Assembly: GCA_033442325.1 (NCBI GenBank)
Contig: JAWQFM010000019.1
Span: 467,099-531,098, forward strand
Direction of reading: 5' to 3'
DNA: 64,000 nt
DNA from: Salpingoeca rosetta
Taxonomy: Eukaryota; Protista; Choanoflagellata
The notes below the pieces were generated by a model, which saw only the letters and a list, made by a program, of their open reading frames with translations, made no database searches and was not told where the DNA came from. A program made the translations under genes and the position numbers. Positions 40,490-64,000 of the stretch are shown here, piece by piece (positions within the stretch are counted from its first letter, which is position 1; the number at the start of each line of letters is the position of its first letter).

Positions 40490-42240
40490 CTACCTTTTGG
40501 ACTTTGGTGCTTTTGGGGACGGTTTGGCCTTGGGGAAGCGAGCCATGAGGGTCGGGAGGATGGTGGCCGTGGCGGAGGGTGACAGATGCTTGTCGTCAAT
40601 CAAGTGGCGGTACAGGTTGGACAGCGTTGCATTCATGACGGCGCCGGCGGTTTCGCCCCTGCCGCTCACCGCGCCGCGCTCGGCCATGCCTGCAAGCACG
40701 TGCGCCAGCTCCTTCTCCTCCAATCCAGCCGGCGCCCGATCAAGAAAGTCAAGCACCTGCATGTGCAGCGTCACGTGCTTGGCGGCCAGCGGCTCCAAAA
40801 TCCCGGCAATCGTCTCCTCCTTTCGTCGCACAAACTCCCGCCTGTGTGTTGTGCGTGTGTGTGTATGTGTTGTGTGTGTGTATGTGCATGTATGTGTTGT
40901 GTGTGTGCATGTGTGTGTGTGCGTGTGTACGTGTGTGCGCGTGTGCGTGTGTGCGCGTGTGCGTGTGCGCGTGTGTGAGTCGCCCGGAAGAAAACGGTAA
41001 AGCCAAACAAATGGGAAACGGAAAGTACGCCACAATCGTCACCACCACCATCACCGCCATCACCAACCAGTGCTGTGTGAGGATGGCGTGGAGAGCGTCC
41101 TTGACGCCTGGGAGGAGCGAGTAGGTCGGGTCGGTCGACTTGCACAGGACCGGCACAATCTGCAGCAGGCGCGTCATGTCGCCAGCAGCAGCGCGCCTGG
41201 CCATGTACATGGCAAGCAGCACCTCAATGTAGTAGATGTCAACGCCGTAGTCCTGCAGCTCCTGCGGTACAAACCGCTCGTCCGCCTCGTCCACGTCCCA
41301 TCGCCACGACCCGTCATCATCATCATCGTCATTGTCGCCACCACCACCACCACCACCACCACCATGATGCTGCTGCGTCGCCGTCACTGCTGCTGTCGAG
41401 GTGCTTGTCGATGCTGATGGGGTCGTTGGTGTTGGTTTTGCTGCAGTGTCGCTGTCCCCACCTTTGCTCTGCAGTTTCTGTTTCGCCCTCTTTTCCTTTG
41501 CCCGCCGTCTGTGGTGCCGTTTGTGCAGATGCATCGTGCGTGTGTGCGTGCGTACGCGCGTGTGTACGAGTGATTTAGTGTGGGTGTGTGTTTGTGTGGG
41601 AGTGTGTTTGTTTGTTTGTATGTATGGGATACCTATGACAGACCAATAGGCCTGAGTGTTTGGAAATCCACGCACATGCACACACAGACATCGGGCCTCA
41701 GGCACGCGCACACAAACACGAAGGACACTCGCATCGCGTGCGTACATGTGCTCGTCGTACAAGACGTCCTCCGCCAGCATATTGGCAAACAGCGGATACG
41801 CGGTCTGCGATGGAAGAAAGGAGGGGAGGAGAAAGAGAGATGAACGAAGCCGGTAGAGGTAAGAGGAATGTACAAAGACGGAAGACAGAACGCTTGAACA
41901 TCACACACACACACGCACACACACACGCACACATACACACACACACACGCACACACCAACCTGGATGATTTCGATGGCAAGGCCTGGCCAGCGGAACGAC
42001 TGCGCCTCGAACATCTCCCGCACCTGATACCCGGCACCAAGGATCTTTGGGGGGGGGGCAGTCACGGGCGGAGTGAGTGGGTGAAGATGAGAATGAGTGA
42101 GGGTCAGATACACAAGGAGCAAGCAACACCGTCTGCCCATCCTACAGCACACACAGACACACAGACACACAGACACACAGACACACAGACACACAGACAC
42201 ACACACGCACGCACGCACAGACACACACACGCACGCACGC

Positions 42241-42320
<80 letters not shown>

Positions 42321-43826
42321 GCACACACACACACACAACATATTTACACATGCCAGGCACCTGGGTGAGCTTGATGAGCCGCTGTTGGAATCGGGGAAGT
42401 GCAAGGCGGTCCACGGCAATGACGAGTTGGTTGAGAACGCTCTTGCACAGGAGAAGCGCCACGCCAGGTGCACGCACCATCATGCCAGCGTCACCAAGGT
42501 CCGCGTCGTTGGCCTTGTATGACGTAATCGTCTCAAACAAGGAGGACAGGGCGTCGGAGGATAGGCGCCCCGTGAGCACCGCCCCATCCACCAGACCCGC
42601 AACTTTGCGCAGCGGCGAGCTGTCTTGCAACACGTACGTGCCAACCATGCCCGCACCACCTCCCAGCCCGTGCGCAGCTGACGACGGCGCCACTGACGCC
42701 GCTGATGTCGCTGATGTCGTTGCTGCTGCCGTTTTTGCTGACACTCCCGTTGCTGCTGGGGATGATGACTGCATGCCCGCTGCCATGGCCGCTGCTACGC
42801 TCGTCACCTTCAACGGTTTCGAAGACACCACTGATGACGACGATGATGCTGGTGGTGGCGCGGTCGCAGCGAGCGAGGATGTGTGCGACCCCGTTGCCTT
42901 CTTCGTCGCCGCTGTGGACATGGCCGTCGTCGTGGCCGTCGTTGCCGTTGTGGCGGTGGTCGACCCAGCACTCAGCAGCGTTGTGCCAGCGCTCGGTCCA
43001 ACGCTCTGCATATCCACCGCCGCTGTCAGGGCCACGCGCAAGTGGCAGTACGCCGGGTCGTTGCTCTGCACGTAGGCAAGGCGAAGGTACTCGAGCAGCC
43101 GCTGGTGGAGGTGCGACGACGAGCCAACAAGCTCAAGCAACTTCACCGTGTACTCGGCAGAGGTTAGGCGGTGCTGCTGTGACGACGTAATCGTGTCATC
43201 ATCATTGCCACCACCACCAGTTCCACCAGTTCCACCGGTACCTCGCACGCCCAACCTGGTGTGACCATCACGATCATCATCGTCGTCGTTGTTGCTGCTG
43301 CCATCGTCACTGCCATGTACGGCAGCGTCGCTCCCTCGCCCGCGGCGGTGTGTTGGGGAGGGAAATCCAAACGCAGGCGAGCGGTGTGCGTGGCGGTGGG
43401 TTGGTGATGACGTGGCAGAGGACGTGTTGGAGGGCGGGAAGGCCGAATATGATGCCGTGGACGACGATGGCGATGCCGGTACGGGCGATGATGGCGATGA
43501 CAGGGAGGTGGTACGCTGATGTTTTGCGGGTGCAGCCGTTGTTGATGGTGTGGTTGATGGGGCACCGCCTGTTGTCGGTGCTGTTGTTGCTGTTGCTGAT
43601 GATGGCGTTGCGGTTGACGAGGGAGAGGGCGGGGTGGCGGATATGGCTGTGCTGTGGGGCATGTGCACCTGTACCCAGTGGCACGCGTATGCCATGGCGT
43701 AGTCGTGCAGCATGGGCTGCAGCACCGCGGAGAACACAAAATCGTCATATTGCCACACCTGAACGGTAAAACCAAGGCCGTGGTGGGTTGGTGGTGTTGG
43801 TTGTGGAATGGTGTGAAATAAGCGGA

Positions 43827-43920
<94 letters not shown>

Positions 43921-44526
43921 CGCACACACGCACGCACGCACACATTCACACACACACACACGCTGTCTCCCACTAACCCATACTCAAACATACACACACA
44001 CACTGTCTCCCACTAACCCATACTCAAACATACACATACACATGCACGCGAACTGTACCTGTCGTTTGACGTCGAGGGAGCACTCATCCATGAGCTTTGG
44101 GTGATCCCGGAGATGGCGCAGTACTTTGCTCGGGATGCTGTGGTAGCGGTTGAGGATCCTTAAGGTCACAGGCCGGAGCTCCTCAAACTGCACATATGGG
44201 AACGTCTGCAACAGCAGTTTCCCCAACTCTTCCTGCGACAAGCTGGGGATGCGCTTCAGCAGCGTCTCGCGCAAGTGCAGCATGATGCTCTCGTGAAACT
44301 GTTCAATGTCACGTATGGTGTTTGGCAGAGGGGGTGGAGCAGGTTTACAGTGAGTGTTATCAGGGCTTTGGTAGGTGGTGTTGAGGAGTAGGTACGGCAT
44401 TCACAATGCAAGGGAGGAAGAACACAAACAAGAGTGGCAAAACACAAACACACACACACACACACACAAACACAAACACACATAGACACCCACATAGACA
44501 CCCACACACACACACACACCCACCCA

Positions 44527-44604
<78 letters not shown>

Positions 44605-44945
44605 CATAGACACACACACACACATACGTGCAGAACACGAACCTCGGCTCTGGTGGTTCCCATAATGTCGATGAGCGGGAGAAGCGGCAGTGTGCCGTCA
44701 ATGGCTGTATCCTTCTGCAATTGTTTGATTTGCGCCTTTGGCTGGCGGCCTTGAAGCCGTTGCTGAATCTCCGCGACAGCATCGCCACCGAGCAAGATGC
44801 GCCGCGTCTCTCCTTCATTGCCATCCCCATCATCATCCCCTCCAGACTGCTGCTGCTGCTGCTGCTTCTTCTTCTTCTTCCTCTCCCCACCTGTGCCACT
44901 AGCGCCACCACCACCACCACCACCACCACTGCGCCTGCCACTCAT
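40490..44945 (-). CDS. NELFB: Negative elongation factor B (COBRA1) homolog (multi-exon)
   Basis: ATG 44945. 'PKAQIKQLQ...LPLIDIMGTTRAE/FHESIMLHLRETLLKRI...LLLQTFPYVQFEELRPV...ECSLDVKRQ/VWQYD..F...LQPMLHDY', 'VKLLELVGSSSHLHQRLLEYLRLAYVQSNDPAYCHLR' and 'LGDAGMMVRAP...ALPR' parallel the recalled animal NELF-B sequence. TAG at 40490. Confidence 0.88.
43963..44042. repeat. 40-bp tandem duplication in a NELF-B intron
   Basis: ctgtctcccactaacccatactcaaacatacaca... occurs twice with a 40-bp period. Confidence 0.85.
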
Positions 44946-45124
44946 CGTCGGTTGGTGTCTGTGCCAGTTGAAGTGACGAATATTCGCTTTATCTTCATCA
45001 GCTATTCAGCAAACCGGCAAGCAGCAAGCAAGAAGCACAGACAGACGTTCATGTCACACATCGCTCCGCGCACACACAGCACATACACAGCACGCGACAA
45101 ACACATTGCGCATACACACATGCC

Positions 45125-47489
45125 TCAGACATTCTTGCCAAACTCCTCTGTTGTGCAGAGACCTGCTTGGCGGTAAAACACGTGGCTCTTCATGAACTTG
45201 CGCTTGGTGGCGCTCAGCTCCCCAAACAGCGTCGTCTGCTGCATCTCTAGCGTGGAACGCACATGGAACGATGTGTGTGGGTGTGTGGGTGAGCGTGCAT
45301 GTGTGTATGCGTGTATGTTGACGTGTGTGAGCACGTGCGTGCATGTGTGTGTGTGTGTTGCCATGTGTACAGGGATGTGCTTGCACAGGCATGTCAAATC
45401 CACCACACCTGCTTCAACACCCACGACAACCACGACAACAACAACATGCACGCCAGACTGACTTGATCGCTTGGTGGGGTTGGCGCCTCCTCGGTTGTTA
45501 CTGCTGAACGACATGGCCGTGCCTTCCTCATCGTCATCATCATCCTCCCATGTCACCGCCTGCAGCAATGCACACATAGTTGTGTGTAAGTGTGAGTGTG
45601 AGTGAGTGAGTGAGTGTGTGTGTGTAAGTGTGAGTGTGTGTGTGTGTGTGCGTGTGTGTGCGTTTTGAGCAGACACACTCCAGAGCAGCGCAATATTAAG
45701 ACAGCCCAGCCAATTCAAACCACGATTTCTCTCTTCACATACACAGAGACATGCACAGTGGTGCGCACCGCTGCGTGTTTGTCGAGGAGGGTCTGTGCTG
45801 TTTGCCAGCTGAAGCGAACGACGCCTGACGATGAAAAGGGAAAACAGATATGGTGTGACGATGATGAGTGATCAGTCGTAGAAATGGAAGAGACAAAGTT
45901 GGGTGCAGCATCAGCCTTCACAACCCACAAGCCAACACACACACACACACCAAAATGCACGCACTTGGAAAGCCAAAGACTTTGTCAATGTTTGCGCGAA
46001 GCCACGCCTTTGTCTTTGGATCTGACGGGTAACCGCAACCATATTCGGTGTTGGCGCCAATTCGCTCTGGATGGCGCCAGGCCGACAGCACGTGATCACG
46101 CACAACCTAACGCGCAAAGACGATGAAGGGTGGTGTGGGGTTGATGGGCGTGAGATGGGAGTCGCACTTGTGGGCTTGGAGTCCAGCACACACGTACACG
46201 CAAACACACACACACACACACACGCACAAACACACACACACACACAAAACGCACACACACACACACAAAACAGACACAAACACAGACACACACACACAAC
46301 ACAACACACATACACACACACAAACACACACACACACACACACACAAACACACACGTTCTCTCACGACGCAAAGGCTGTCCTGACCTTGGCGCAGATACT
46401 GGCTGCGCTGACAATGACGTATTTCGAGTCGGCCTTCTTAGACACGGTGATCTTCAGCTGGGGAAAGATGCCTTGCAGCTTCGCTTGGTACACTGTGTCG
46501 GGGCCAACCGTATCCACATACACGGCCTCCAAGTTGACGCCCTGGTCAAGACAGCGGCGGATCAGCCCAATGCACGTGTCGTGGGACAGTTCGTTGAGCG
46601 AGTACTTCTGCCTGGCCAGCATCCCTGTGGAGATGGTGTTTGGGGACAGGCTGTGCACCTTCCACCCCATCTTGCCGTGCAGTGAACCAGACTGCACACG
46701 AGACGGCAGAGAAGAAGGGTGAGCGAGAGGTGGGAGGCGGTTGGACGGGGGGGGGAATTAGGGGCCTGTGAGAAGGGCAATCGTTCAAGGTTCGAAACCA
46801 GTGACTTGATCACGCGCACGCGCTTACACGGGTGGACCTGTGCACGCGTATGCACGTGCACTTAACCACACGCGTATGCAAGCGCACTCAAGCACACGCA
46901 CACGTGTACACAAACGAAACCACACGCACATCCACGGACACACACCTTCATCTCTGTGAACAAGCGCTCGCGTTCCTCTTCCTTGACGACTTTGGAGTCG
47001 GTAAAGCCCATGTTCTTCAGCGTCTTCTCCATTGGCTTTGGCGCAAATGCGACACCATACACCATGGGACCTGGGTCATGCGGGTATCGCCATCGCGATG
47101 AACGATCGATGGGGGCTCATGTGTTGTTTTCGCTCCCATCCACTCACATGCACACAAACGCACGCCAACGCTTACGGACACCATTGCCTCAATTGAACAA
47201 GGGCAGGCAGGAGAGCAATGTGAGCGCTCATTGACATAATGCGAGGTTGCGCTCGCGTACGCACCGCAAACTGGTCCGCGGCCGGCTTCGTCCACGCCCA
47301 GAATACATGGCTTTTGCTTGCACACCTGCAGTGGACCAGCACACATGCCACAACAAGCACGTGCATCATTGGTGGCTGCAACAGCGAAGAAATAGCTCTC
47401 CCACACGCACACCTCCAACCACCGGCATGTGCTCGTGTGCAGCGCTCTGTACCGGCACACACACGCACGCACATACACACACACACAAG

Positions 47490-47520
<31 letters not shown>

Positions 47521-47955
47521 GCACGCACGCACACACACACGCACACACGCACGCACGCATGCACACGCACGCACACACACACATACACACACACCAACCT
47601 CTGGGATATCGCATTCGATGATGACAGAGTCCCGATTCGTGGCTGTGGCGTGCTTGTGCACCTTCACATCAATGTGGTGCATGCCATCGGGATCGGTCGT
47701 CTCTGTCACGACCACCTCATCGCCATCATCCACTACTTCGTCGCCCTCGCCCTCCTCCTCCTCCTCCTCGTCTTCCTCCACTTGCACAATCCCCTCGGCC
47801 TGGTCCTGCTTTCTCCGTGTCCTGCTGCGTGTTCTCACGCCAACTGGACTAACATCTGCTTCTTGCTCATCCTCAAACAGGATCGCCATGGCATCCGCCT
47901 CGTCCTGGTGATTCTCCCCAGCAGCATCAGCTTCCTCCCTCCCGTTGCCGTTCAT
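45125..47955 (-). CDS. RNASEH2A: Ribonuclease H2 catalytic subunit A (multi-exon)
   Basis: ATG 47955. Motifs [78 protein letters not shown] and [11 protein letters not shown] at 45125. Confidence 0.96.
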
Positions 47956-48031
47956 CGTTGCACTGGCTGGCCGCTGTTGTGGTTGGCTGCTGCGTGTCCT
48001 CTTTCCTCTTCTTTCCTCTTTCTTGTTGAGA

Positions 48032-48039
48032 GCGCCAAA
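48032..48039 (-). promoter_or_regulatory. Canonical E2F-type site TTTGGCGC upstream of RNASEH2A
   Basis: gcgccaaa at 48032-48039 reads TTTGGCGC on the minus strand, about 77 bp upstream of the ATG, and matches TTTSSCGC. Confidence 0.35.
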
Positions 48040-48370
48040 TTCGCAAGACAAAATTGACTTGGGACAAAGGCAATTTTGCCCTCACCAGCTTTGTTTTGTT
48101 GTTTTTGTGCGCCACAAAGCAAGCCAGCAAAGCACTGCGCGTCGAGGTGTGGGGATGGTGGTGGAGGAGGATACATGCACCTCTTGTTATGAACACACAT
48201 GTGTTGTGTGTGTGTGTGTGTGTGAGCATAAAGCACTGTGTACTGCTTGCGAGCTGCTTGTGTGTCACACTCAACACAACAACACCTGTGGTTTTGTCGT
48301 TGTGGTTTTGTTTGTGGTTGTGTTGGTGTGTGTTTTGGCAGCAGCCTGCGTTTGACCTCTCTGGTGTGAA

Positions 48371-58879
<10,509 letters not shown>

Positions 58880-58953
58880 GTTGGCGTTTGTTTTGTCTCC
58901 CGATTGCCGTGTGTATGTTTTGCTGTACGTGCATGTTTGTGCGTGTGCATATG

Positions 58954-59047
<94 letters not shown>

Positions 59048-59246
59048 GTTTTTGTTGTTGTTGTTGTTTTTGTTGTTGTGGCCTTTAGATGCGCCGTTTT
59101 TTTCCTCCCCTGCAACTTGTGGCTCGCTCTTCATAACAGCGTCTTAGCATCATCTCTCTGCTGATTCTCTTCGCTGTTCATGTCCTCTTGGTCGGTGTTG
59201 TTTCCTCAGCCGTCGTTACTCTTGCATGAGGCCCACCTACATGTTT

Positions 59247-59313
<67 letters not shown>

Positions 59314-59909
59314 NNNNNNNNNNNNNNNNNNNNNNNNNNNNNNNNNNNNNNNNNNNNNNNNNNNNNNNNNNNNNNNNNNNNNNNNNNNNNNNNNNNNNNN
59401 NNNNNNNNNNNNNCGAAAGGAAATAAGAAGGAACGAGGGCCACGAACGTCAACGAGCAAGTCTAGACAAGGGCCACGAGAGAAGAACATCCAACAAGACA
59501 AGGAAGGGTCAATCAACGTGCAAAGGAGATAACAGAAACACACACACACACACACACACACTCTCTCTCTCTCTCGCTCTGTCTCACTCACTCACACACA
59601 CACATGCACGCAGAAGCACACACACAAACTCACTCACTCGCACGTCGGCACAAGGGCACATACACAAACAGTGGAGTAATGCAAGTTCACGCGGACACAA
59701 ATAACGACGCATGTTCTTTTGTCGCATAGTCTCATGTCACACCTAAAAAACTCGAGAGCAGCGAACGCAGCTGTTGCTGCTTCATACAGCAGAGAGGATT
59801 CAACAGCACAACAATAACAGCAATGGCATCGTGGACACGAAAACGGTCGAGTAACAGCGCATGGACGCGCGAATGTGTATGCCTGTCGATCGGTCAGGAT
59901 GCAGATTGT

Positions 59910-60871
59910 CTATTGGTGCTGCGGGGCACGCTGGTGCTGTAACTGGTGTTGCAGCTGCTGCAGCTGTTGAAAGGAGAGCTGTTGATGGGCTGGTTGCTGT
60001 TGCTGGGCGGGGAAAGATGGCTGCATGTGCATGCCTGCAAGCATCATCTGCACGCGTGGCGACCTTTGCAAGAGGGTGGGCCACGCACGCGCACGCAACT
60101 CCTTCACCTCATCAAACAGGTCCGTGTACTCCGTGGCCAGCTTCATCTTCGTCTTGTTGAGCTGGTTGGCAGCGTGTTCAATCTCCTGCCATCGCATGCC
60201 CTTCAAGTCCGACAGCGGCGCTGTCGGCTGCGGCCACACGCTGTACGGCTGCTGGTGCGATTGGGGATCGAGCACCCACACGCCCACAGGAACCGCGCCG
60301 TGCATGTGCATGGGGAATTGTGAGAACGCCGAGGCGTGTGGGGGCACGTGCAACTGTGCCTGCTGAATCTGCTGTGGGTGCTGTGGGTGCTGTGGGTGCT
60401 GTGGGTGCTGTGGTTGGGGTAACCCTGGGAATAACACGTGCGGGAGCATCATGCCAGCGGTTGTGGGAGGGACGCTCGAGAAAGGCTGCTGCTGGTGTTG
60501 TTGTAACGGTTGCTGTGACGCGGGCTGCTGTGATGGTTGTTGGTGCTGCTGCTGCTGTTGTTGGTGGTGTATGGCGAGCAGCGCGGGATTGATGCCCATC
60601 ATGGCGGGGTGCATCGTGCCTGGTGCCGTCAGTGATGCCGGCACGTGTGGCTGCTGTTCTTGCTGTTCTTGCTGTTCTTGCTGGTGCTGGTGCTGTGGGT
60701 GTTGCTGGTGCTGTGGGTGTTGCTGGTGCTGTGGGTGTTGTTGGAGCATCTGCAACGCTTGTGCAGTGCTCACGCCTTGCATGCCTTGCATGCCTTGCAT
60801 GGCATGCAGCAGCTGCGCCATCTGTTGTTGTTGGAGTGGAGACATATGTTGGAGCGAAGAGTGCATCGCAA

Positions 60872-60902
<31 letters not shown>

Positions 60903-62140
60903 GTGGGAGGATGACGGGGTGTGGTGTTGCGCTCCCTGCGCAAATAGCAAGCTGGACGGAAAAGCTTTGAAGGCACTGGTTGCTTCGTGTCCGTGTGCTG
61001 TTGCGGTGCGCTGGGTGGACGGGTCCAGCCTCGTTGCTTCGGGCGCTGTTGGAGGTGGAGGTGGCGATGGTGCTGATGCTGTTGCACGTGCCTGTGGTGG
61101 CGCTGCTGTTGCTACCGTTGTGGTTGCGGCACCCACAATGCCTGCACTGTCACCAACGGGCACGGTGAACGAGCTCTTGCGACTGCGGTCGATCCCAGAG
61201 TCTGTGGTGCGCGAACGCCTGTCGTCGGGGGCGCGCGCTGCCGACTTCTGTGTCACCTGCTGTGCCGCTTGCTGCAGCAATGCCAGGCCTTCCTGCTCTG
61301 ATCCCTCTTCGTCGTGGCCCTGTCCTCGTCCGTGCTGCGGCGGCTGCTGCAGCCGTTGTTGGCGCTGTTGTTGTGGTGGTTGTTGTGGCATTGGAGTAAC
61401 GCCGTGCTTTGGACCGTGCTTGCGGTGCTGTGATGACGATGGCACGTCAGTGGCAGTGTGCATGCGCGTGCGCGCGTGCTCCTGTAGCGGCGCACCTGAT
61501 CGACCACCGCGCAGTGCCGACTGCTGCTGCTGTTGTTGTTCCTCATGTTGTTGCCGGACATGGTGTGGTGCGCGCCCCATCTTTGGCGCCTTTTTCGGCG
61601 TTTCGTTATCGCAATCACCGCCACCGCTGTTGCTGTTGCTGTTGTCGCTGCTGTTGCTGTGCCGGCTGTGTGCAGCACGCTTGCGACTGTGTTTCTTCTT
61701 TCTGCGCTTGCGCTCCTTCCTGTCCTTGCGAGAGGACGTGGTGGATGTGTATGCGTGGCCGTGACCGTGGCCGTTGTTGTGGTTGCCAGTGCGGTGATCG
61801 CCACTGTTGTCGCTGCTGCCACTGCCTTCACCGCTGTTGTTGTTGGACTGCTTGTGTCTCTTGTGCTTTTTGCGCGGGTGATGGTGATGGTGGTGGTGGC
61901 GTGGCGGTGCGTTGTGCTCGCGCGCGTGTTCGTGCTTGTCCTCGTGCCCGCTGCCGTGTTCGGACGTGAGGGGCGAACTGGATGAGCGGGAGTTGTCGCC
62001 TCCTTGCCGGTGGGCCTCTTCCACACGGGCGTGGGCCCGTGCATTTGTTGCGCGTATTGCGCCTGCCGCCGTTGGACGTGTGGAGCCAGTGTCTCCTGCA
62101 TGCATGCAAGGCAGTGATGCGTGCGCAAAAATTGAGGTAG

Positions 62141-62222
<82 letters not shown>

Positions 62223-62704
62223 NNNNNNNNNNNNNNNNNNNNNNNNNNNNNNNNNNNNNNNNNNNNNNNNNNNNNNNNNNNNNNNNNNNNNNNNNNNNNN
62301 NNNNNNNNNNNNNNNNNNNNNNCAAGACCACCACATGTGTAGTGGAGGGGGGGGGGGGTCGGCCACGCAACACTTAAGTGTGTGCACTTGCTTGACGTAT
62401 CACCACCACACTATTGGATTGGCTTGCACCATTGCAACACACAAGCACAATAAAACGCACGTGTTGTCAACGCTGATGAAGAAGTGACGAGAGTACCTTG
62501 CTGCTTGCCTTCACGCTTGCCTGCAAGCACGGCACCTGCTGAAGGATCACGCTGGTGGTGGTGGTGGTGGTGGTGGTGGTGGTGGTGGTGGTGCTGCTGC
62601 TGCTGCTGGGGCACTGGGGCGGTTGGAGATGGCGTGCTTGCGTGGGACGGGTCTTTGCTGCTGTGGGCGCGGGATTGTGCCTCTTGCGAATGAGGAGATG
62701 CCAT
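59910..62704 (-). CDS. Q/H-rich low-complexity protein with NLS-like basic tracts and a short C-terminal coiled coil; 5' end uncertain
   Basis: A ~2.2-kb open exon (~62096-59910) follows a CAG acceptor, and an upstream exon runs MASPHSQEA...GKQQG (62704-62496). Contains RKKHKRHK, RKERKRRKKK, (QHP)n and 'WQEIEHAANQLNKTKMKLATEYTDLFDEVKELRARAW'. Confidence 0.65.
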
Positions 62705-63188
62705 CTTGGTGTTGAGGCGGACGAGTGCAAATGTGGAAGGGGGAGGGGAAGTCTGTGTGCCGTTCTGCATAATGCATGCGAGGAAGCGAAGGGGGAGGGG
62801 AGAGGGGAGGTGTGAGAATGGGGATGTGAAACTGCCATCGAGCGACGCTGTGTATGTATGTGTGTGTGTGTGTGTGTCTGTGTGTGTGTGTCTGTCTGTC
62901 TGTTTGTGTGTGTGAACGAGGGAGGGGTAGCTGTGCATCACAGCGTGCATGCAAGCAACCCAGGAAGCGACCCAGGAAGCGCCGATGTACACAGACCTTG
63001 ATGAGACGCTTGGAGAGGGCACTGTGTGCTCATGTGCTGTTAGTTCGCGAGTTGATCTACAAGAAGGGAGTGTGTGCGTGGGGATGTGTGCGTGATGAGG
63101 CACGGATGAGGAAGAATGGTTGTCAAGGGGGGGGGGGGGTGATTTCGTCACACAAGTGGATCAGCGGTGTATGCTGTGCATGGCACAT

Positions 63189-63229
<41 letters not shown>

Positions 63230-64000
63230 CACACACACATGCACACACACATGCACACACACACACACACACGACGTGCATGTATTTCATGTACAATCAG
63301 TCACCAAGGCCATCCAGCCAAACCATGCACCGACAAGTCAAATGGACTGGTGGAGAAGAATATATGGATGGGGGGGGGCGCAATGCATTGCATGTGTGCG
63401 CCACTCAAGACCATCACTCACCAAGACCAAGATCGTCCGCTGGTGCAGCGACAGCCGCTGAATGGTTGGCAAGATGAGGGGTGGAGCGAAGAAGCAATGT
63501 GCCGAGACACGCAACAAGCTTGAGTGCATGAGTTGATGCCTCTGGTCGGTGGTGGGGAGGGCTGTCGTGGAGGGGGAAATGCGCTTCGTTGTTTGAGACG
63601 AGATCACAGAGTCACCGTGAGTCAGGTGAACGAGTCAGGATGTTGCTGTGGGGCGAGGGCAACGGCGTGATGCTTGGGATCAGGGATAGGGATGAAAGCG
63701 ATGATCGCCCGGCCCGCGCATGTGAGGCGCGGGGCTGCTGGGTTTGTGTGTTGGACTGCAATGTTTACCTACCAAGCCACACACGCAGTTGTGAGAGTAG
63801 CTGCGGTGCAGGCAACGACGTTGCTGCTGCTGCTGCTGCTGCTGCAATGGAGCAAAACGGTTGCACGGTTGCACTTGTGCTTGCGCTTGGCACTTGGCAC
63901 TTGTTGCGAGCTTCACTTGAATATATAAGTGGTGGGCTGGGGTGGTTGGTGTGCTGAATTGCTCGAACGTTGATGGTGATCCTGGGTGATGTAGCGGCTG

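Noticed and set aside
43972-44019. CTAACCC telomere-like units
   Set aside because: Single units inside a 40-bp duplication, not an array.
60361-60745. 9- and 18-bp repeats and a Cys-rich + strand ORF (60451-61764)
   Set aside because: Antisense of the Q/H/P-coding repeats; not CRISPR and not a keratin-associated or metallothionein-like gene.

Overview
Gene-dense, intron-rich eukaryotic genomic DNA. Nearly every intron carries (CA)n/(TG)n, (GA)n or (TGAG)n microsatellites, and eight N-gaps show a draft assembly (14710-14809, 16286-16385, 25226-25995, 35761-36701, 51509-52481, 54911-55010, 59314-59413, 62223-62322). Gene content and repeat style suggest a choanoflagellate such as Salpingoeca rosetta (inference). 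Most ORF-track entries are microsatellite artefacts. Splicing exons by hand gives about 14 protein genes: a PAN/Apple-like C-terminal fragment, RSPH10B-like MORN protein, an intronless ubiquitin-like/UBX-like protein, a zinc-ribbon atypical SDR, a CENP-P-like protein, AMMECR1, cystathionine beta-synthase, MPP-beta, an intronless Asteroid PIN nuclease, a coiled-coil protein, NELF-B, RNase H2A, a GAP1-family RasGAP and a Q/H-rich protein. Four gene pairs are head-to-head. The least explained sequences are two non-coding islands (39631-40250 and 48518-48749). Each lies between microsatellites, has a composition unlike the rest of the window and shows nested base-pairing potential, so they are candidate unannotated structured RNAs or non-autonomous elements. 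Gene names rest on recalled motif similarity, not database searches, and internal exon boundaries are approximate.
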